Shown here piece by piece: positions 1 to 10,962 of a DNA stretch of 64,000 nt. This DNA is from TPA_inf: Saccharomyces (taxonomy: Eukaryota). The notes beneath the pieces were generated by a model that made no database searches, was not told the DNA's origin, and saw nothing but the letters and a program-made list of their open reading frames with translations. Where the stretch lies: NCBI GenBank assembly GCA_000146045.2, contig BK006947.3:320001-384000 (forward strand). Reading direction: 5' to 3'. The stretch's first letter is position 1. Each line of letters opens with the position of its first letter. A program made the position numbers and the translations under genes.

Positions 1-1359
1 GTACTCTTTCTTTCTTTTTCTAAATTTAGATGCAGCTACTCTATTTCTTTCTAAAAACTCCTTTCTTTTTCTTTCTTGCTCTTCATTCTCATCAAGTGTT
101 ACGTTGTTTGAAATTTTATTATTTTCAACATCATCTTTTTGTGCTGGTGCAGTCGTAACTGCTGAGTTTTTTCTTGATATGGAATTTTTTCTTGAAGCCT
201 TAGAAGTAGAACTTGTGCTAGACATCCTTCTCTTTCTTTTTCGTGTTTTGTTATTGAACTGGTCATTGTTCTCAATTTGAGTCGTTAAATTTTCATTCTC
301 CTTGTGATTATGAGCGGAGTGCTCGATGGCATTGAACTCTGCCGGATTATCCATTTTGACAGCCGCTTTCGTTGAAGTATTTGGGGAAAAATTGGAATTA
401 CTGATGCTGTTGTTGACGGTACCATCTGTGGTATTTGTTGTAGGTGTTGATTTGAATACTGGATTAGCCAAAACTCCAGTAGATGGTAAGTTTAGCAGAG
501 AACTCAATCCCGGCGTAAGTGGTGTACCATTTACAGTTGGGTGCATTATATTAACATGAGGGTGGTTTTCAATACTTCCATTCACTGTGACACTTTTGTT
601 GACATTTTTGCTACCTGTTATAGTATTTTTATTAATTGACGGCAATACGGGATAATTGTAAGATTGCGTAAGAATACCGGGTGTCAACCCGGTCCTGATA
701 TTGGACTCATTAGGTGTCAACCCAGATTTGGACAAGTTTAATAAAAAGCCAGGCATTTGTGAATCATTCGTGGGGAAGCCGTTACCAGAATTACTTGTGG
801 TCACGTTCGAGTTTCGTGGCTGGCGTATAAGTGAAGTCCCTGAAGGAGAAGAGCTGTTTGGATACAGAGATCCGGAGGTAGAAGAAACGCCTATTGCACT
901 AGGGTTTGAATTAGAGACTGAAACAGAATGTGAATTCTGACTGGGATTCGTAGTTGAATTTGCCTGATATAAAATAGAGGGAGAAAGGAGTAGAGGTGGT
1001 AATCTTTTCGACCCACCAGGTGTGAGAATAGGCGGAGATATTATAGTAGGTCTTTGTTGGCCTGGTAAAAAACTAGGTGAGTCTTTTTTTACGTCATTAT
1101 GATTACTATTATCTGTAACGGTTGAATTCCCATTTTCTTCTGGAATACTGTTCAAACTATGAGTGGAACGTTGGGAATGTTGTGTTATCGTTGAGGTAGA
1201 ATTGTTTCGTGAAAGCTCTTTTGGTAGAGACGGATGGGAGATCGTGCCTGGAAGTGACAAAGCCTTCTTGGAAGAGGCGAAGCTTTGTTCAAAAGGATTG
1301 GGTTCTAAATCGAAAGTTGAAACAGTACTTGGTTGTCTCGAGCGTTCCTCGCTTGACAT
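1..1359 (-). CDS. SKO1: SKO1 bZIP (ATF/CREB family) transcription factor, N-terminal about 453 codons; the gene runs off the window start and the bZIP domain lies outside
   Basis: Reverse complement from 1359 reads ATG TCA AGC GAG GAA CGC TCG AGA CAA CCA AGT... = MSSEERSRQPSTVSTFDLEPNPFEQSF..., which matches my recollection of the Sko1 N-terminus. The frame stays open to position 1. It is absent from the ORF track because it has no in-window stop. Confidence 0.85.
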   Translation of the reverse strand, partial: MSSEERSRQPSTVSTFDLEPNPFEQSFASSKKALSLPGTISHPSLPKELSRNNSTSTITQHSQRSTHSLNSIPEENGNSTVTDNSNHNDVKKDSPSFLPGQQRPTIISPPILTPGGSKRLPPLLLSPSILYQANSTTNPSQNSHSVSVSNSNPSAIGVSSTSGSLYPNSSSPSGTSLIRQPRNSNVTTSNSGNGFPTNDSQMPGFLLNLSKSGLTPNESNIRTGLTPGILTQSYNYPVLPSINKNTITGSKNVNKSVTVNGSIENHPHVNIMHPTVNGTPLTPGLSSLLNLPSTGVLANPVFKSTPTTNTTDGTVNNSISNSNFSPNTSTKAAVKMDNPAEFNAIEHSAHNHKENENLTTQIENNDQFNNKTRKRKRRMSSTSSTSKASRKNSISRKNSAVTTAPAQKDDVENNKISNNVTLDENEEQERKRKEFLERNRVAASKFRKRKKEY

Positions 1360-2218
1360 AATGATTAAGCAGGGTCTAGAGACTGGGCAGGTGTATTTGG
1401 AATGCAGAAATTGAAATGAAAAGAATGAAATAAAAATAAAAATCCACGAATTGATTAAGGAACTTATCAAATAATAGAGATCGGTAAAAAGATAGGAATC
1501 TAATAAGTGGAAAACTCACTTGAATAATAAAAGAGTTTTTCTCGATAAGAAAACACAATTCACTTTTACGTTGAACCCCTTTGGTAGTAACTTTTCTGAG
1601 CTTAAAACCACTCCTGAGCGTTGGCAATGTAGCACCAAATTATTGTGTTTCTGGAGAACAAATTAGTCTCACGTATCAGTAACCAAACTTGGTCCTTTTA
1701 ACTGGAAAAATGTGCAGTTTGTTTCGAAAACCATCACCGTATGACTGAATTCATTCTATTCAGCCCAGTTAATTTTCGTGATTTTTCCCTTCGATTCTAC
1801 TTTTTTCCCTCTGCGACAAAGTTAGCAGGGTTATCGCTAGCGCGGTTAAGTACGACTTGGTTTATGAAAGTTCTTAGAGAAAAGAAGACACAACGCCATT
1901 GAAATTGAATTCTGGGTACTGTTATTGTTCCGTTTCATGTTATTACAATATAATTGACTATCTGAACATTTTGTCTTCATTTTTTTTTTTTTTTATTATC
2001 GTTTTGTTTACGTTTAGGCGAAATACTCACCTCTTTACTATTAAAATAATAGAATTTATCAGAAAAAAAGTCAGCAACATCAAAAATAACAGATGGATGG
2101 CTCTAGGATAAAGGATTCTTATTCTCTTACGATTGTCTATGTTCTTTTGGTATTTATTTTAACTTTATATATCTGTCTTAATTTATAAATATTTATAACA
2201 ACCCTTGGCGTAATGTAA

Positions 2219-3565
2219 TCATTTAGTTCCAATCCAAAATTGGCCATTTTCGCCACGATCAATTTGCTTTCTCAGATGTCTACTTAATAACACTCCGACC
2301 TCATATTTCTCCTTCGTTTTCTTGTCAAGATATTCTTGAAGCTTCACTACGGCTCTATGTAGTCTCTTTCCGTCTTCCATAGATAAAGAACCCTGTGCAT
2401 TCATCTTGTTTAGATAGTCAATTTCCTTTTGTAACTTAATGCATTTCATGGATAAATAATCATGTCTTTTTTCCAGCTTGGCAATACTGCCCAGCTCAGA
2501 CGCTGATGTGATAGGAGAGGAGACTGGCGAATCATACTTATTTAGTGAAGATTTACGACTTCCGTTTCTTGAATTGGAATTGCTGCTCACCGAGATAACT
2601 CTGAACGGATTTGTAGGGCGTCGTGTCTCGAAATTCGCCATTTTTTTCTGTCCATCACCATCTGAATTAAAGTGATTTATATTGGTACCATCTTCTTTAG
2701 AATTCTTTTTAGGGATAAAAATTTTAGTTTGAGAATCTAAGGGAGTGCTTCCTCCAGAGCGATTGGGACAATTCTCTGAATTATCGTCATGGGGTGTTTG
2801 ATCAGCTAAACGGCTGCTCTCATGGTTGTATTCATTGTCACCTCCTACAACTATGGTTTGCGGTTGTATATCTAGATCCTTATTAGCGGAAGAAAATTTG
2901 TCTAATACAAGTTCAGCGTCTAACTTGTTCTCACCGCCCAAGGTGTTATTCTGGGGCATGGGTGATTTGAAAGATTCAATCTCACTGTTTTCCTCTGTTC
3001 CCTTATCTACTCGCCCCTCTTCAACATCCGATTTTTCATCCTCCCATTCATCATCATTATTTTCGATAATTTCAACATCAGCTTCACCCCTGTTTTGATC
3101 TATATTGACTGTACCATCTTCTTTGTTCTCAGTGCAGGAGTCCTTTGCCTTTTCATTTCCAGCGGAATTTGCGACAAATGAATTATAGGAGTCACCAATA
3201 GCAATGGCGGTGTGAGTTATCTGCTCTTTCGCTATAAAAGGTTGAGTAACCGATAGCTGGGATGGGTCATCCGTACTCTTATTCGCTTCATTCTCAGTGG
3301 GAATATGGACCTGTGCGGTTTTGTGCTCTTCAACCTGAGCTGAATCTCCTGGGTTACTATCCGCTCCATCATTGCCACTAAAAAGAGCCGTTTCTGCCAC
3401 CTTTACAGCGTCGACCACACCCGTATCCTTGACATTATCTTCGACAGCTTCGTCCTCCGCAGGTTCAACTAATTGTAAATTTTCGTCAATCATCTGGTTC
3501 ATCTGGTTGATATCTATCTCTATTTGAGAAAGCCTCTTCTTTATCTTGTCCTGGTCCAAGCCCAT
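2219..3565 (-). CDS. BNI5: Septin-associated protein Bni5
   Basis: 448-aa ORF with an ATG start at 3565. Length and position (between SKO1 and YNL165W) match YNL166C. The protein is acidic and low-complexity with a C-terminal coiled-coil-like segment. Confidence 0.85.
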   Translation of the reverse strand: MGLDQDKIKKRLSQIEIDINQMNQMIDENLQLVEPAEDEAVEDNVKDTGVVDAVKVAETALFSGNDGADSNPGDSAQVEEHKTAQVHIPTENEANKSTDDPSQLSVTQPFIAKEQITHTAIAIGDSYNSFVANSAGNEKAKDSCTENKEDGTVNIDQNRGEADVEIIENNDDEWEDEKSDVEEGRVDKGTEENSEIESFKSPMPQNNTLGGENKLDAELVLDKFSSANKDLDIQPQTIVVGGDNEYNHESSRLADQTPHDDNSENCPNRSGGSTPLDSQTKIFIPKKNSKEDGTNINHFNSDGDGQKKMANFETRRPTNPFRVISVSSNSNSRNGSRKSSLNKYDSPVSSPITSASELGSIAKLEKRHDYLSMKCIKLQKEIDYLNKMNAQGSLSMEDGKRLHRAVVKLQEYLDKKTKEKYEVGVLLSRHLRKQIDRGENGQFWIGTK

Positions 3566-3831
3566 CGTTTCTGTTGTTCTATTTCACACTAACATAGCAT
3601 CACCATAACAGTAAATCAAATTACAAAACTATTAATGATTTTTGTTTATTATGAAGTTTGAATTTTCAGCGCAATATTTATTTCATAACGCGTCTAAAAT
3701 GGTCTGGGTTCTGGGCATCTCTAAAGCCCTTCACTACTAGTGAAGAAGAAGAACAAGTAAGGCTTTTGGAAAAGAAAGAGCATCAAATTGAACGATAGGA
3801 GAAGTGCTACATACATTTGCCAAAGATCCGC

Positions 3832-5052
3832 ATGGATAGAGTACGCTCTTTGATTGGAAATCGCCGGGGACGCCGACATAATCGCCAACATCCTCCGTAT
3901 CCTCACAGTGGGTCTCCATCCACCGTCAATCTCTTGGGAGCTAATGGTTATGGAGACGACCAATCTACAATATTTGCACGAGAAAATGAATCTCTGGAAA
4001 CCTCTGCCAACGAGGGCGATGATAGTGCGGATGCAGCTACTTTGAATACAGCGGTATCAGAAGGCTCAACAATTGGAGACCTACAAAGACAGGGTTATGT
4101 TAACAGAGCCCCAAGATTCACGTCAGAAAGAGCCATGCCATTCGTTTCGGTGCTACTACAACGAGGGTTTTTTGCATTCCCCAGTGAAGAATCTCTCCAG
4201 CTATTTTTACACAACAAGAGGAAGCTCGATAACATTGATCCAAAGAGGGGTCTAGGACTTCCCCTATTTCACGCCATTTCTTTAAACCTGGTCAAGTCGC
4301 TTTTCAGTGATCAAAATACACCGGTAATGAGGATATATAAATACGTTATGATAGACTCCCAATGCGATAAACCTCCATTAAACTCAGAAGTGGTCTCTCG
4401 AATAAACGAAAATGTCTCCATATATAAATATGAATTCTGCACTATTCTAAAAAAAATGGAAAGCCATAATTTTTCGAGCAGGGTAGAGCACGATTTTATA
4501 TTTCATAGAAAAGATGAACCTGATGTTCATATCCCCATGATTAATTACAATCAAAGGAAAAATGCGGATACGGCAATTCATGGATTAAATCTTCGTTGGT
4601 ACGGGACAACTAGTTTAGCTTCACCTTTTGGCTCAAATAGCATCAACCTACTTGTACTCGATGATACGATGGCATCCTACATGAACCAACAAACTATTGA
4701 AGAGTTTGATTCTTACAGCCGTTCCCGTCCCACAAGACCGCTGGGTTATCTCCCAGTATGGGCCAGATACACAGATGATAAAGTTAGTGTCATACCGAAA
4801 AAAAGAACTTTGAGAGTAGCTACCTTGTACTTACAAGAAACTGATTCGTTTGATGATGGCTCTAGTTTAACATCTACCAATTATACTGAAATGGGCTCTA
4901 ATATCATTGAAAATGTGCCGTGGGATAGTCAGATACTTACTTGCATGTGCATGCTATTACATGAATATGAATCAAGAAAGGAGAAACGCCACACCGCATG
5001 GGGCAGCTCGACCACATATATGCTAAATGGACCGGCAGGATTACTGATGTAA
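3832..5052 (+). CDS. Uncharacterised protein YNL165W
   Basis: The ORF-track entry 3817..5052 starts at TTG. The first in-frame ATG at 3832 gives 406 aa (MDRVRSLIGN...). Gene order supports YNL165W. Confidence 0.8.
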   Translation: MDRVRSLIGNRRGRRHNRQHPPYPHSGSPSTVNLLGANGYGDDQSTIFARENESLETSANEGDDSADAATLNTAVSEGSTIGDLQRQGYVNRAPRFTSERAMPFVSVLLQRGFFAFPSEESLQLFLHNKRKLDNIDPKRGLGLPLFHAISLNLVKSLFSDQNTPVMRIYKYVMIDSQCDKPPLNSEVVSRINENVSIYKYEFCTILKKMESHNFSSRVEHDFIFHRKDEPDVHIPMINYNQRKNADTAIHGLNLRWYGTTSLASPFGSNSINLLVLDDTMASYMNQQTIEEFDSYSRSRPTRPLGYLPVWARYTDDKVSVIPKKRTLRVATLYLQETDSFDDGSSLTSTNYTEMGSNIIENVPWDSQILTCMCMLLHEYESRKEKRHTAWGSSTTYMLNGPAGLLM

Positions 5053-5264
5053 ACCCATTTGCATTTACTTGTGTTTTTTCCTGTTACTATTTAGTCATAA
5101 TACCGCTAAGAAGCATATAAATATTCAAAGAGAAATATTGTCGTACACCATTAATTTTTCAATAACTCTTAAATACGTTTAGAATGTCACAAGTTTTCCT
5201 CACAAGTTTTCCTCTATTATGTAATGTTCCCTATACTACTTTATTCCTACAGTAATAATGTTGA

Positions 5265-6320
5265 CTATCTATTCCTTTTCCTACTATCTTGTTCATCTCT
5301 TGGTGGATTCGGCATACGATTGTAACCAAACGTACGATTATACCACTTTATCATGTTACGTGGTGGTTCACCAAACACCATGTAGTACTCGCAAAATAAA
5401 CACATGGGACTTGATTCGTTAACTAGGACAGAGAAATCTGGAACACGGTTTTCCGTTCTGGAAATATATTCAAAATCATGATAATAGTAGTTTCGTAGTT
5501 TGGATAAGTTTTCATAATGATGATGCGGGCAACAACTTTTATGGTCTCTAGATTCGTCATAAAAGTCATGTCGCCTTACATGCCCATTCTTTTTCGAGTT
5601 CTTTGACCTGCTGTGCTTTCTAGAAGATATGGAATGTTGACCGTCTCCATGCAAACGAGCTGCGTCAACGGTATCATGATCGATATCTGTGACTTCTTCT
5701 GCAACATCTAAATCCTCTACATTTGTTACAGTTCGCAACCCCCCCTGTTCTTCACTTCCAAACCCTCCCGGTAACACCGATTCTATCATTTGAGAAATCT
5801 TTTCCCCTATACCATCCGGTGTATCCAGTTCTTGGCTCTCATAATCGAAAATTATTTCGGCTTCTTCGCCATCCAAGTTAAGTTCTGAGTCTTTAAGATC
5901 ATCATCTAAAATATTTTGCAAGTCCTCCTCTATTATGAAGTCTGCACTATTTCTAGAAGCTATTTGGCCTATTTTACTTTCAAAGGTTTCCTTTTCCTCT
6001 GCGGAATCAATGTGGTATGCACTTTGGCCATCTATTTTCGCAAGTTCATCTTCCAAACTCAACGAGTCCATCTTAGGAAGAGCATCTTTGAGCTCTTCTA
6101 ACCGTGCATTTGATAAAGCTTTTCCTCCATTTCTTATAACGAATTGCATTGCATGAGGAGCGTTTTGAAAAGCTTGTCTGTCTTGAAGCTGATTGGAAAG
6201 AATTTTAGTCAGCGCTTTCACACCTTCTTGCATCATAACGTTTATTGGCATAGGTCCATCCTCTGAAAGTACCTCCACAGATGCATTAGTCGTTCCACTA
6301 GATTGGTTTGTAGGTGTCAT
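5265..6320 (-). CDS. IBD2: Ibd2, spindle-checkpoint-related protein
   Basis: 351-aa ORF with ATG at 6320. Size and position between YNL165W and RIA1 match YNL164C. Confidence 0.8.
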   Translation of the reverse strand: MTPTNQSSGTTNASVEVLSEDGPMPINVMMQEGVKALTKILSNQLQDRQAFQNAPHAMQFVIRNGGKALSNARLEELKDALPKMDSLSLEDELAKIDGQSAYHIDSAEEKETFESKIGQIASRNSADFIIEEDLQNILDDDLKDSELNLDGEEAEIIFDYESQELDTPDGIGEKISQMIESVLPGGFGSEEQGGLRTVTNVEDLDVAEEVTDIDHDTVDAARLHGDGQHSISSRKHSRSKNSKKNGHVRRHDFYDESRDHKSCCPHHHYENLSKLRNYYYHDFEYISRTENRVPDFSVLVNESSPMCLFCEYYMVFGEPPRNMIKWYNRTFGYNRMPNPPRDEQDSRKRNR

Positions 6321-6740
6321 TTTCTTGATGATATGGCATGAAAATAGAAGAGAAGAGAATATGATTAAAGCTATAAATTCGTCGTAAGAAGCACGATATC
6401 AGTAAATATGGATAACAAATTACCAAATATTTAGCAAAGAAATTCCTATTCAGGGTATATGCAAAAAGTGCAATCTGTAGTTCTTGCTGTAGCTCTCGCT
6501 TATTTTGCCATTCTCATCGTCCAGATCATCTCAACTTTCTTGTCCCATCGCTAAAACATTCACTCGCGCGAGAGTATGTAGTATATCATAGAATACGTAA
6601 GACTGGAAATGCTTGAAAACTGTGCTATTTCATCTCATATTCAAGTGAATATACATACATACATACATATATTTATATATATTTTCAACTAGTGAAAACT
6701 ATCTATATTAGTCTATGATTCATATAAACCCTAAAAAACC

Positions 6741-9700
6741 TTAATTCTTTTTCAAAGTACGTTGTTTTTCGGCATTTTCGACAACTTTTTCTTCAATGAA
6801 TAGACCTTTCCTTCTTCTGATGGCATTCATATGCTTACGGGCAATATTCTCTCTATCTGCTGTATCACCTAGTTCCTCCAATTCTTCTTCTGTGGTTGGG
6901 ACCCAAAATGGATCTAAATCGATACACTCGAATCCGGAAAATACCAATTGAGGTTGTGCTGCACCAGATGTTCGTTTACGAATATCTTCACTTAAACCGA
7001 ATGCTTCCACAACGGGCACATGTGCCTCAATTTGAAAAAACGGTGTACCTTCTTTCATTTCTTCAGAAATGATTTTACCATGCCTCTGTAGAATAACGGC
7101 ATACACTTTTCCAAGTACATCGACAGAGGTTTGAATATCACATGAGTAAATTGCCCACATAATTCTTGGGGACCAGTCTAAAAAGGCCTCATGTATAGCG
7201 TCCCTTGTAGAAGTTATCAACCTCCCTGATAAGTCCACAATATGTTGTTGGTAGCGCGGATCTTCAATAGATTCAATTTCGTCTTGTGACATCTTATGTA
7301 CGCTTTCAACAAGAACACACATTCCCTGTACGGGCTCATTTGCCAGAGGTCCTTCGCTAACAGCCAGTTGGAAGCCATTTTTGATGGAATCTGAATACTC
7401 AAAGGCTGCTGGAGTACCTTCAAATAGGCTTCCAAGAAGATTATCCTGCGACAGCAAAATGTTGCACCCAACTCTACTTGGCCCAAAACCTGCTAACTTT
7501 ACTTTAAACCCACTTAATAGTTCTCTGCTCTTCTCCTCCTGATTTATGACCTCTTCAAAAGCAACGAGTAAAGACTTTTTGTCTAGAAAAGAACTTCCAG
7601 TTGATTCTATGACGGGATCCATGCTTGAAGTGGACGTCTTCAAAATGTTTTTAATGCTATTTTGATGTTGAGATAAAAAGTCTGTAACTTTACCGCTTAA
7701 TGGGAACGTTCTGAATGTAATCTTGTACTGGCTCAATAGTAGTTCATGAACACCCCTTCCCAGCTGTGAATTCTGCGGTGGATTCATATCTGAGGCTGAT
7801 AAAAATGTTTCCCTATATGGAATAGCCGGTTCAGAATGTGTAATTTCTATTCCTGCAAATCTCTCTGTTAAATCTTTTAGGCATCTTTCTAAATGTAATT
7901 CACCGGCCGTACACAGAATGTGTTCACCAGTATTTTCAACGTATGTGTGCACGCAAGGATCTGCTTGATCCAACAACTTTAATCCTCGTACCAACTTGCT
8001 CATTTCCACAGGATTGGCTGGCTCCACAGCAACACGAACGATTGGCGTAAAATGGAAATTGACGCCCGCTAGATTGACGCCTTGTACGCCCTTCTCTATC
8101 AACGTACCACTCTTTAAAACTTTACCGGCCAGACCACGAATACCGACTATATTTCCTGATGGACAAACGTCCAAAGGAACCAATTCCTTACCCATAAACA
8201 AATATAAATGCGTAATAATCGCAGTTTCAATATGCTCCTCTGGACATTTTGGATCATATTTTGGACCCAATACCGAAATCTCCTGACCAACTCTTAGTGT
8301 GCCACTGTATATTCTTGCAAATGCTACCAAGCATTCTTCCTTTTCGTCAAAAATATCATCTACTTCATCGTTCACATCCTCTGAAATTTGCTTAATACTC
8401 TCCAAAAGTGGATCTTCTTCCTCATATTCAAACATTGAACTTAGAGGGTCATTTGGATCTATGTCAGTTGGTACAAAATCTAGGCCGAAGTTATCTTGAC
8501 TATCTGAATCATCCTCCCCCTCATATTCAAATTCTAAATCCAAGGCGGAAGAAGGCTCTGAAACAACACAGAAAACATCATTATTTCTTGAAGGTTTTGG
8601 CTTTGTCTGTTCTCCTACTTCGGGGGTCATAACGGTATCTTTTGCTCTTTTATATAAATCTGATGTATTTTTAGAATTGTCATTCAAATCCATCATTGCC
8701 ATATTTTCTACCATACCAGCATGTTTTGCAGCATTAAGTGCTTCCTCACGTGCCTTTCTACTTCTCTCCATCAGCTCATCCGAAGATGCTATCCTCTTAG
8801 ATTCAACAGGTAATTCTTCTCTAGGAATTGAAAGCATCTTAGATACGTATGCACTAACTGGTCCTTCTTTATCACATGTCTTCATGGCTTTCAGAAGTCT
8901 TGGATCCATGGCTGCTGTGTCGGATTCGGAGACCAAAATAGTGTTCAAACGATCGGTTTGTGATTCCAAAGGTGAAGGTAATTTTTCAATAACTGTTAAC
9001 AATACTGCTGTGCTGACGGGTAGCCATTGACCCATGATAGTTCTTAACAATTGTTTATCGTCCTTCGACCTTAGATCACGTGCAAGTAGCTTAATATTTA
9101 AAGTTTTTGCTATTTTTTCGACCATTTCAGAATCTCTCGATGTGATTATGTTTTGATAAATTTTCCATATATTTTCGAGGATTAGCGATGTGAAAAGGGG
9201 TTTCAGGGATCTTCCCTTAAGGCCTTTATTGTTAATAATTTTTTTTGTCTTGGGATCCATATAGAAATCACCCCATAAAACTTTCTGTAGGTTTTCCCTT
9301 TTAGCGCCTAATTTTTGTTCGTAAAATTTGGCCAATTGACCGATGTTGAAACCCCAACCATCAATTGCGGAAGCAAAAATAACGTTGTTATCAGTAGGGT
9401 TAAAGTAAATACCCGAATCATCCTTTTCAATATATTCCGCGTTTTCGTTCTTTTCTAATTGCTCCCTCCAAAATAAATCATCCAATTGTCTCTCGTTTGC
9501 GAAAAAGGACCCGATAACTGAGTTGACTTGTTCAATGACTTTGGACAAGTGAATATAAGCTTCTTGGGGAGTTAGTTGTAGTTCTGTGATCAATCTATCA
9601 ATCTTATTCAATACTAAAATGGGCTTCAGCTTCTCCGTCCAACATTGTCTCAACACTGTGACGGTTTGCGAGCATACCCCCTCTACGACATCAACCAGTA

Positions 9701-10073
9701 CGACAGCACCATCACATAGTCTTGAAGCTGCACTGACCTCACTTGAAAAATCAATGTGACCTGGGGAATCAATTAAGTTTACTAGATGCTCGCTTACAAG
9801 AGGCTCATCGGAACCTTCTTGTTTACGCAATACCCTAAAATATAAAGAGATAGCCGATGATTCCATTGTGATACCACGTAGTTGTTCGTCAGGCCTGGCA
9901 TCTAAGAATCGAATTTTGCCGGCAAGCCTTTGTGATATAATACCATTCGAAGCCAAAAGAGAATCTGAAAGTGAAGTTTTACCGTGATCAACATGAGCAA
10001 CAATACATATATTTCTTATACAGGAAGGGTCATTTTGCAGACGTTTGTAAGTCTCCGATTCCACTCTAGGCAT
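6741..10073 (-). CDS. RIA1: EF-2-like cytoplasmic GTPase Ria1/Efl1 (60S maturation, Tif6 release)
   Basis: 1110-aa ORF. The N-terminus carries the G1 motif AHVDHGKTSL plus NKIDR, typical of the EF-2/EF-G family. There is a long acidic insertion. The size matches Ria1. Confidence 0.92.
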   Translation of the reverse strand: MPRVESETYKRLQNDPSCIRNICIVAHVDHGKTSLSDSLLASNGIISQRLAGKIRFLDARPDEQLRGITMESSAISLYFRVLRKQEGSDEPLVSEHLVNLIDSPGHIDFSSEVSAASRLCDGAVVLVDVVEGVCSQTVTVLRQCWTEKLKPILVLNKIDRLITELQLTPQEAYIHLSKVIEQVNSVIGSFFANERQLDDLFWREQLEKNENAEYIEKDDSGIYFNPTDNNVIFASAIDGWGFNIGQLAKFYEQKLGAKRENLQKVLWGDFYMDPKTKKIINNKGLKGRSLKPLFTSLILENIWKIYQNIITSRDSEMVEKIAKTLNIKLLARDLRSKDDKQLLRTIMGQWLPVSTAVLLTVIEKLPSPLESQTDRLNTILVSESDTAAMDPRLLKAMKTCDKEGPVSAYVSKMLSIPREELPVESKRIASSDELMERSRKAREEALNAAKHAGMVENMAMMDLNDNSKNTSDLYKRAKDTVMTPEVGEQTKPKPSRNNDVFCVVSEPSSALDLEFEYEGEDDSDSQDNFGLDFVPTDIDPNDPLSSMFEYEEEDPLLESIKQISEDVNDEVDDIFDEKEECLVAFARIYSGTLRVGQEISVLGPKYDPKCPEEHIETAIITHLYLFMGKELVPLDVCPSGNIVGIRGLAGKVLKSGTLIEKGVQGVNLAGVNFHFTPIVRVAVEPANPVEMSKLVRGLKLLDQADPCVHTYVENTGEHILCTAGELHLERCLKDLTERFAGIEITHSEPAIPYRETFLSASDMNPPQNSQLGRGVHELLLSQYKITFRTFPLSGKVTDFLSQHQNSIKNILKTSTSSMDPVIESTGSSFLDKKSLLVAFEEVINQEEKSRELLSGFKVKLAGFGPSRVGCNILLSQDNLLGSLFEGTPAAFEYSDSIKNGFQLAVSEGPLANEPVQGMCVLVESVHKMSQDEIESIEDPRYQQHIVDLSGRLITSTRDAIHEAFLDWSPRIMWAIYSCDIQTSVDVLGKVYAVILQRHGKIISEEMKEGTPFFQIEAHVPVVEAFGLSEDIRKRTSGAAQPQLVFSGFECIDLDPFWVPTTEEELEELGDTADRENIARKHMNAIRRRKGLFIEEKVVENAEKQRTLKKN

Positions 10074-10245
10074 ATTTGCTTATCGTGCTTAGAAAAATAA
10101 CTGAGTTTGGTTATTTTATAAACTATTTTGATAATCTTGATGATGTACAAAGATTGTATTTCGGGTGCACCTATCTATCAATATTCTTGGCTCTTAAGTT
10201 CCCATTTTTCAAAATTTCTTTTCTCGTAGGAAAAAGAAAAAGGAA

Positions 10246-10255
10246 GCGATGAGCT
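10246..10255 (+). promoter_or_regulatory. PAC element (GCGATGAGCT) in the RIA1 / YNL162W-A divergent promoter
   Basis: Exact match to the PAC consensus of ribosome-biogenesis genes, about 180 bp upstream of the RIA1 ATG. RIA1 is a ribosome-biogenesis gene. Confidence 0.6.
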
Positions 10256-10328
10256 GAAAATTCCACTTTACAATATATCGAATATCCAGTATACCAAAAC
10301 TACATACAAACGAACACGTCATTAAAAG

Positions 10329-10547
10329 ATGTCTGATAAGCCCGACTCCCAAGTATTTTGTCCAAATTGCAATGAAAGACTTCAAAAGTGTTTAGTACAG
10401 CAAAATTATGCCATTATAATATGTCCCAGCTTAGTCTGCGGCTACCCATTCAATCAAAGAGAAGTACTCGAAAATCTAACGTATGTAGACGATAATGACG
10501 TCTTAAAAGTTGCAAAAAAAAGATTATCTTCACGAAGCAAACCATAA
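10329..10547 (+). CDS. Small 72-aa protein with Cys pairs (CPNC...CPSLVC), probably a zinc-ribbon micro-protein (YNL162W-A)
   Basis: 72-aa ORF with an ATG start, divergent from RIA1. The position matches the small ORF annotated between RIA1 and RPL42A. Confidence 0.6.
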   Translation: MSDKPDSQVFCPNCNERLQKCLVQQNYAIIICPSLVCGYPFNQREVLENLTYVDDNDVLKVAKKRLSSRSKP

Positions 10548-10949
10548 AATAGTTGCACTATTGCTGTTCATTATCTTTCATTATCCCTAGTAACGCCATT
10601 GCAGAGTCAAATATGAGCGATAACAATATAAAGAGCAATAACATGATAGTTGAAATTAACATAAAAGAAGCGACATAATTAAAGGTCTCAAAGAGTGAAG
10701 ATCAAGTATCCGGTTTTTACGAATAATCTACTTTCTATGTGAAACCCAAAAAAGTTCGTACAAGGAAAACTAAAAAGTGTGTAATAACTTGTCTAGCTTT
10801 GGCATTAAAACTTGTCAATTATTCATCACCAATATAGACTAATGCGTTTTGGAACGCCAAACCGCAGTGACAAATAGCAAATATGTAGCTGTCATATCGG
10901 CATATAATAACAGTTTTCTACCAAATGCTGTCCTACATTCAGAGATCTT

Positions 10950-10962
10950 ACATCCTTACATC
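10950..10962 (+). promoter_or_regulatory. Rap1-like site (ACATCCTTACATC) followed by a T-rich element, about 380 bp upstream of the RPL42A ATG
   Basis: 10 of 13 positions match ACACCCATACATT. Placement and the downstream T-rich stretch are typical of ribosomal-protein gene promoters. Confidence 0.3.

Noticed and set aside
3817-3831. N-terminal extensions in ORF-track entries (3817, 22501, 26298, 29765, 31706, 45771, 46176, 50329, 60649 and others)
   Set aside because: These ORFs begin at TTG, which is rendered as M in the track. The first in-frame ATG gives the lengths expected for the known proteins, so the extensions are not coding. For YSF3 and CPT1 the TTG 'start' actually lies inside exon 2 of a spliced gene.
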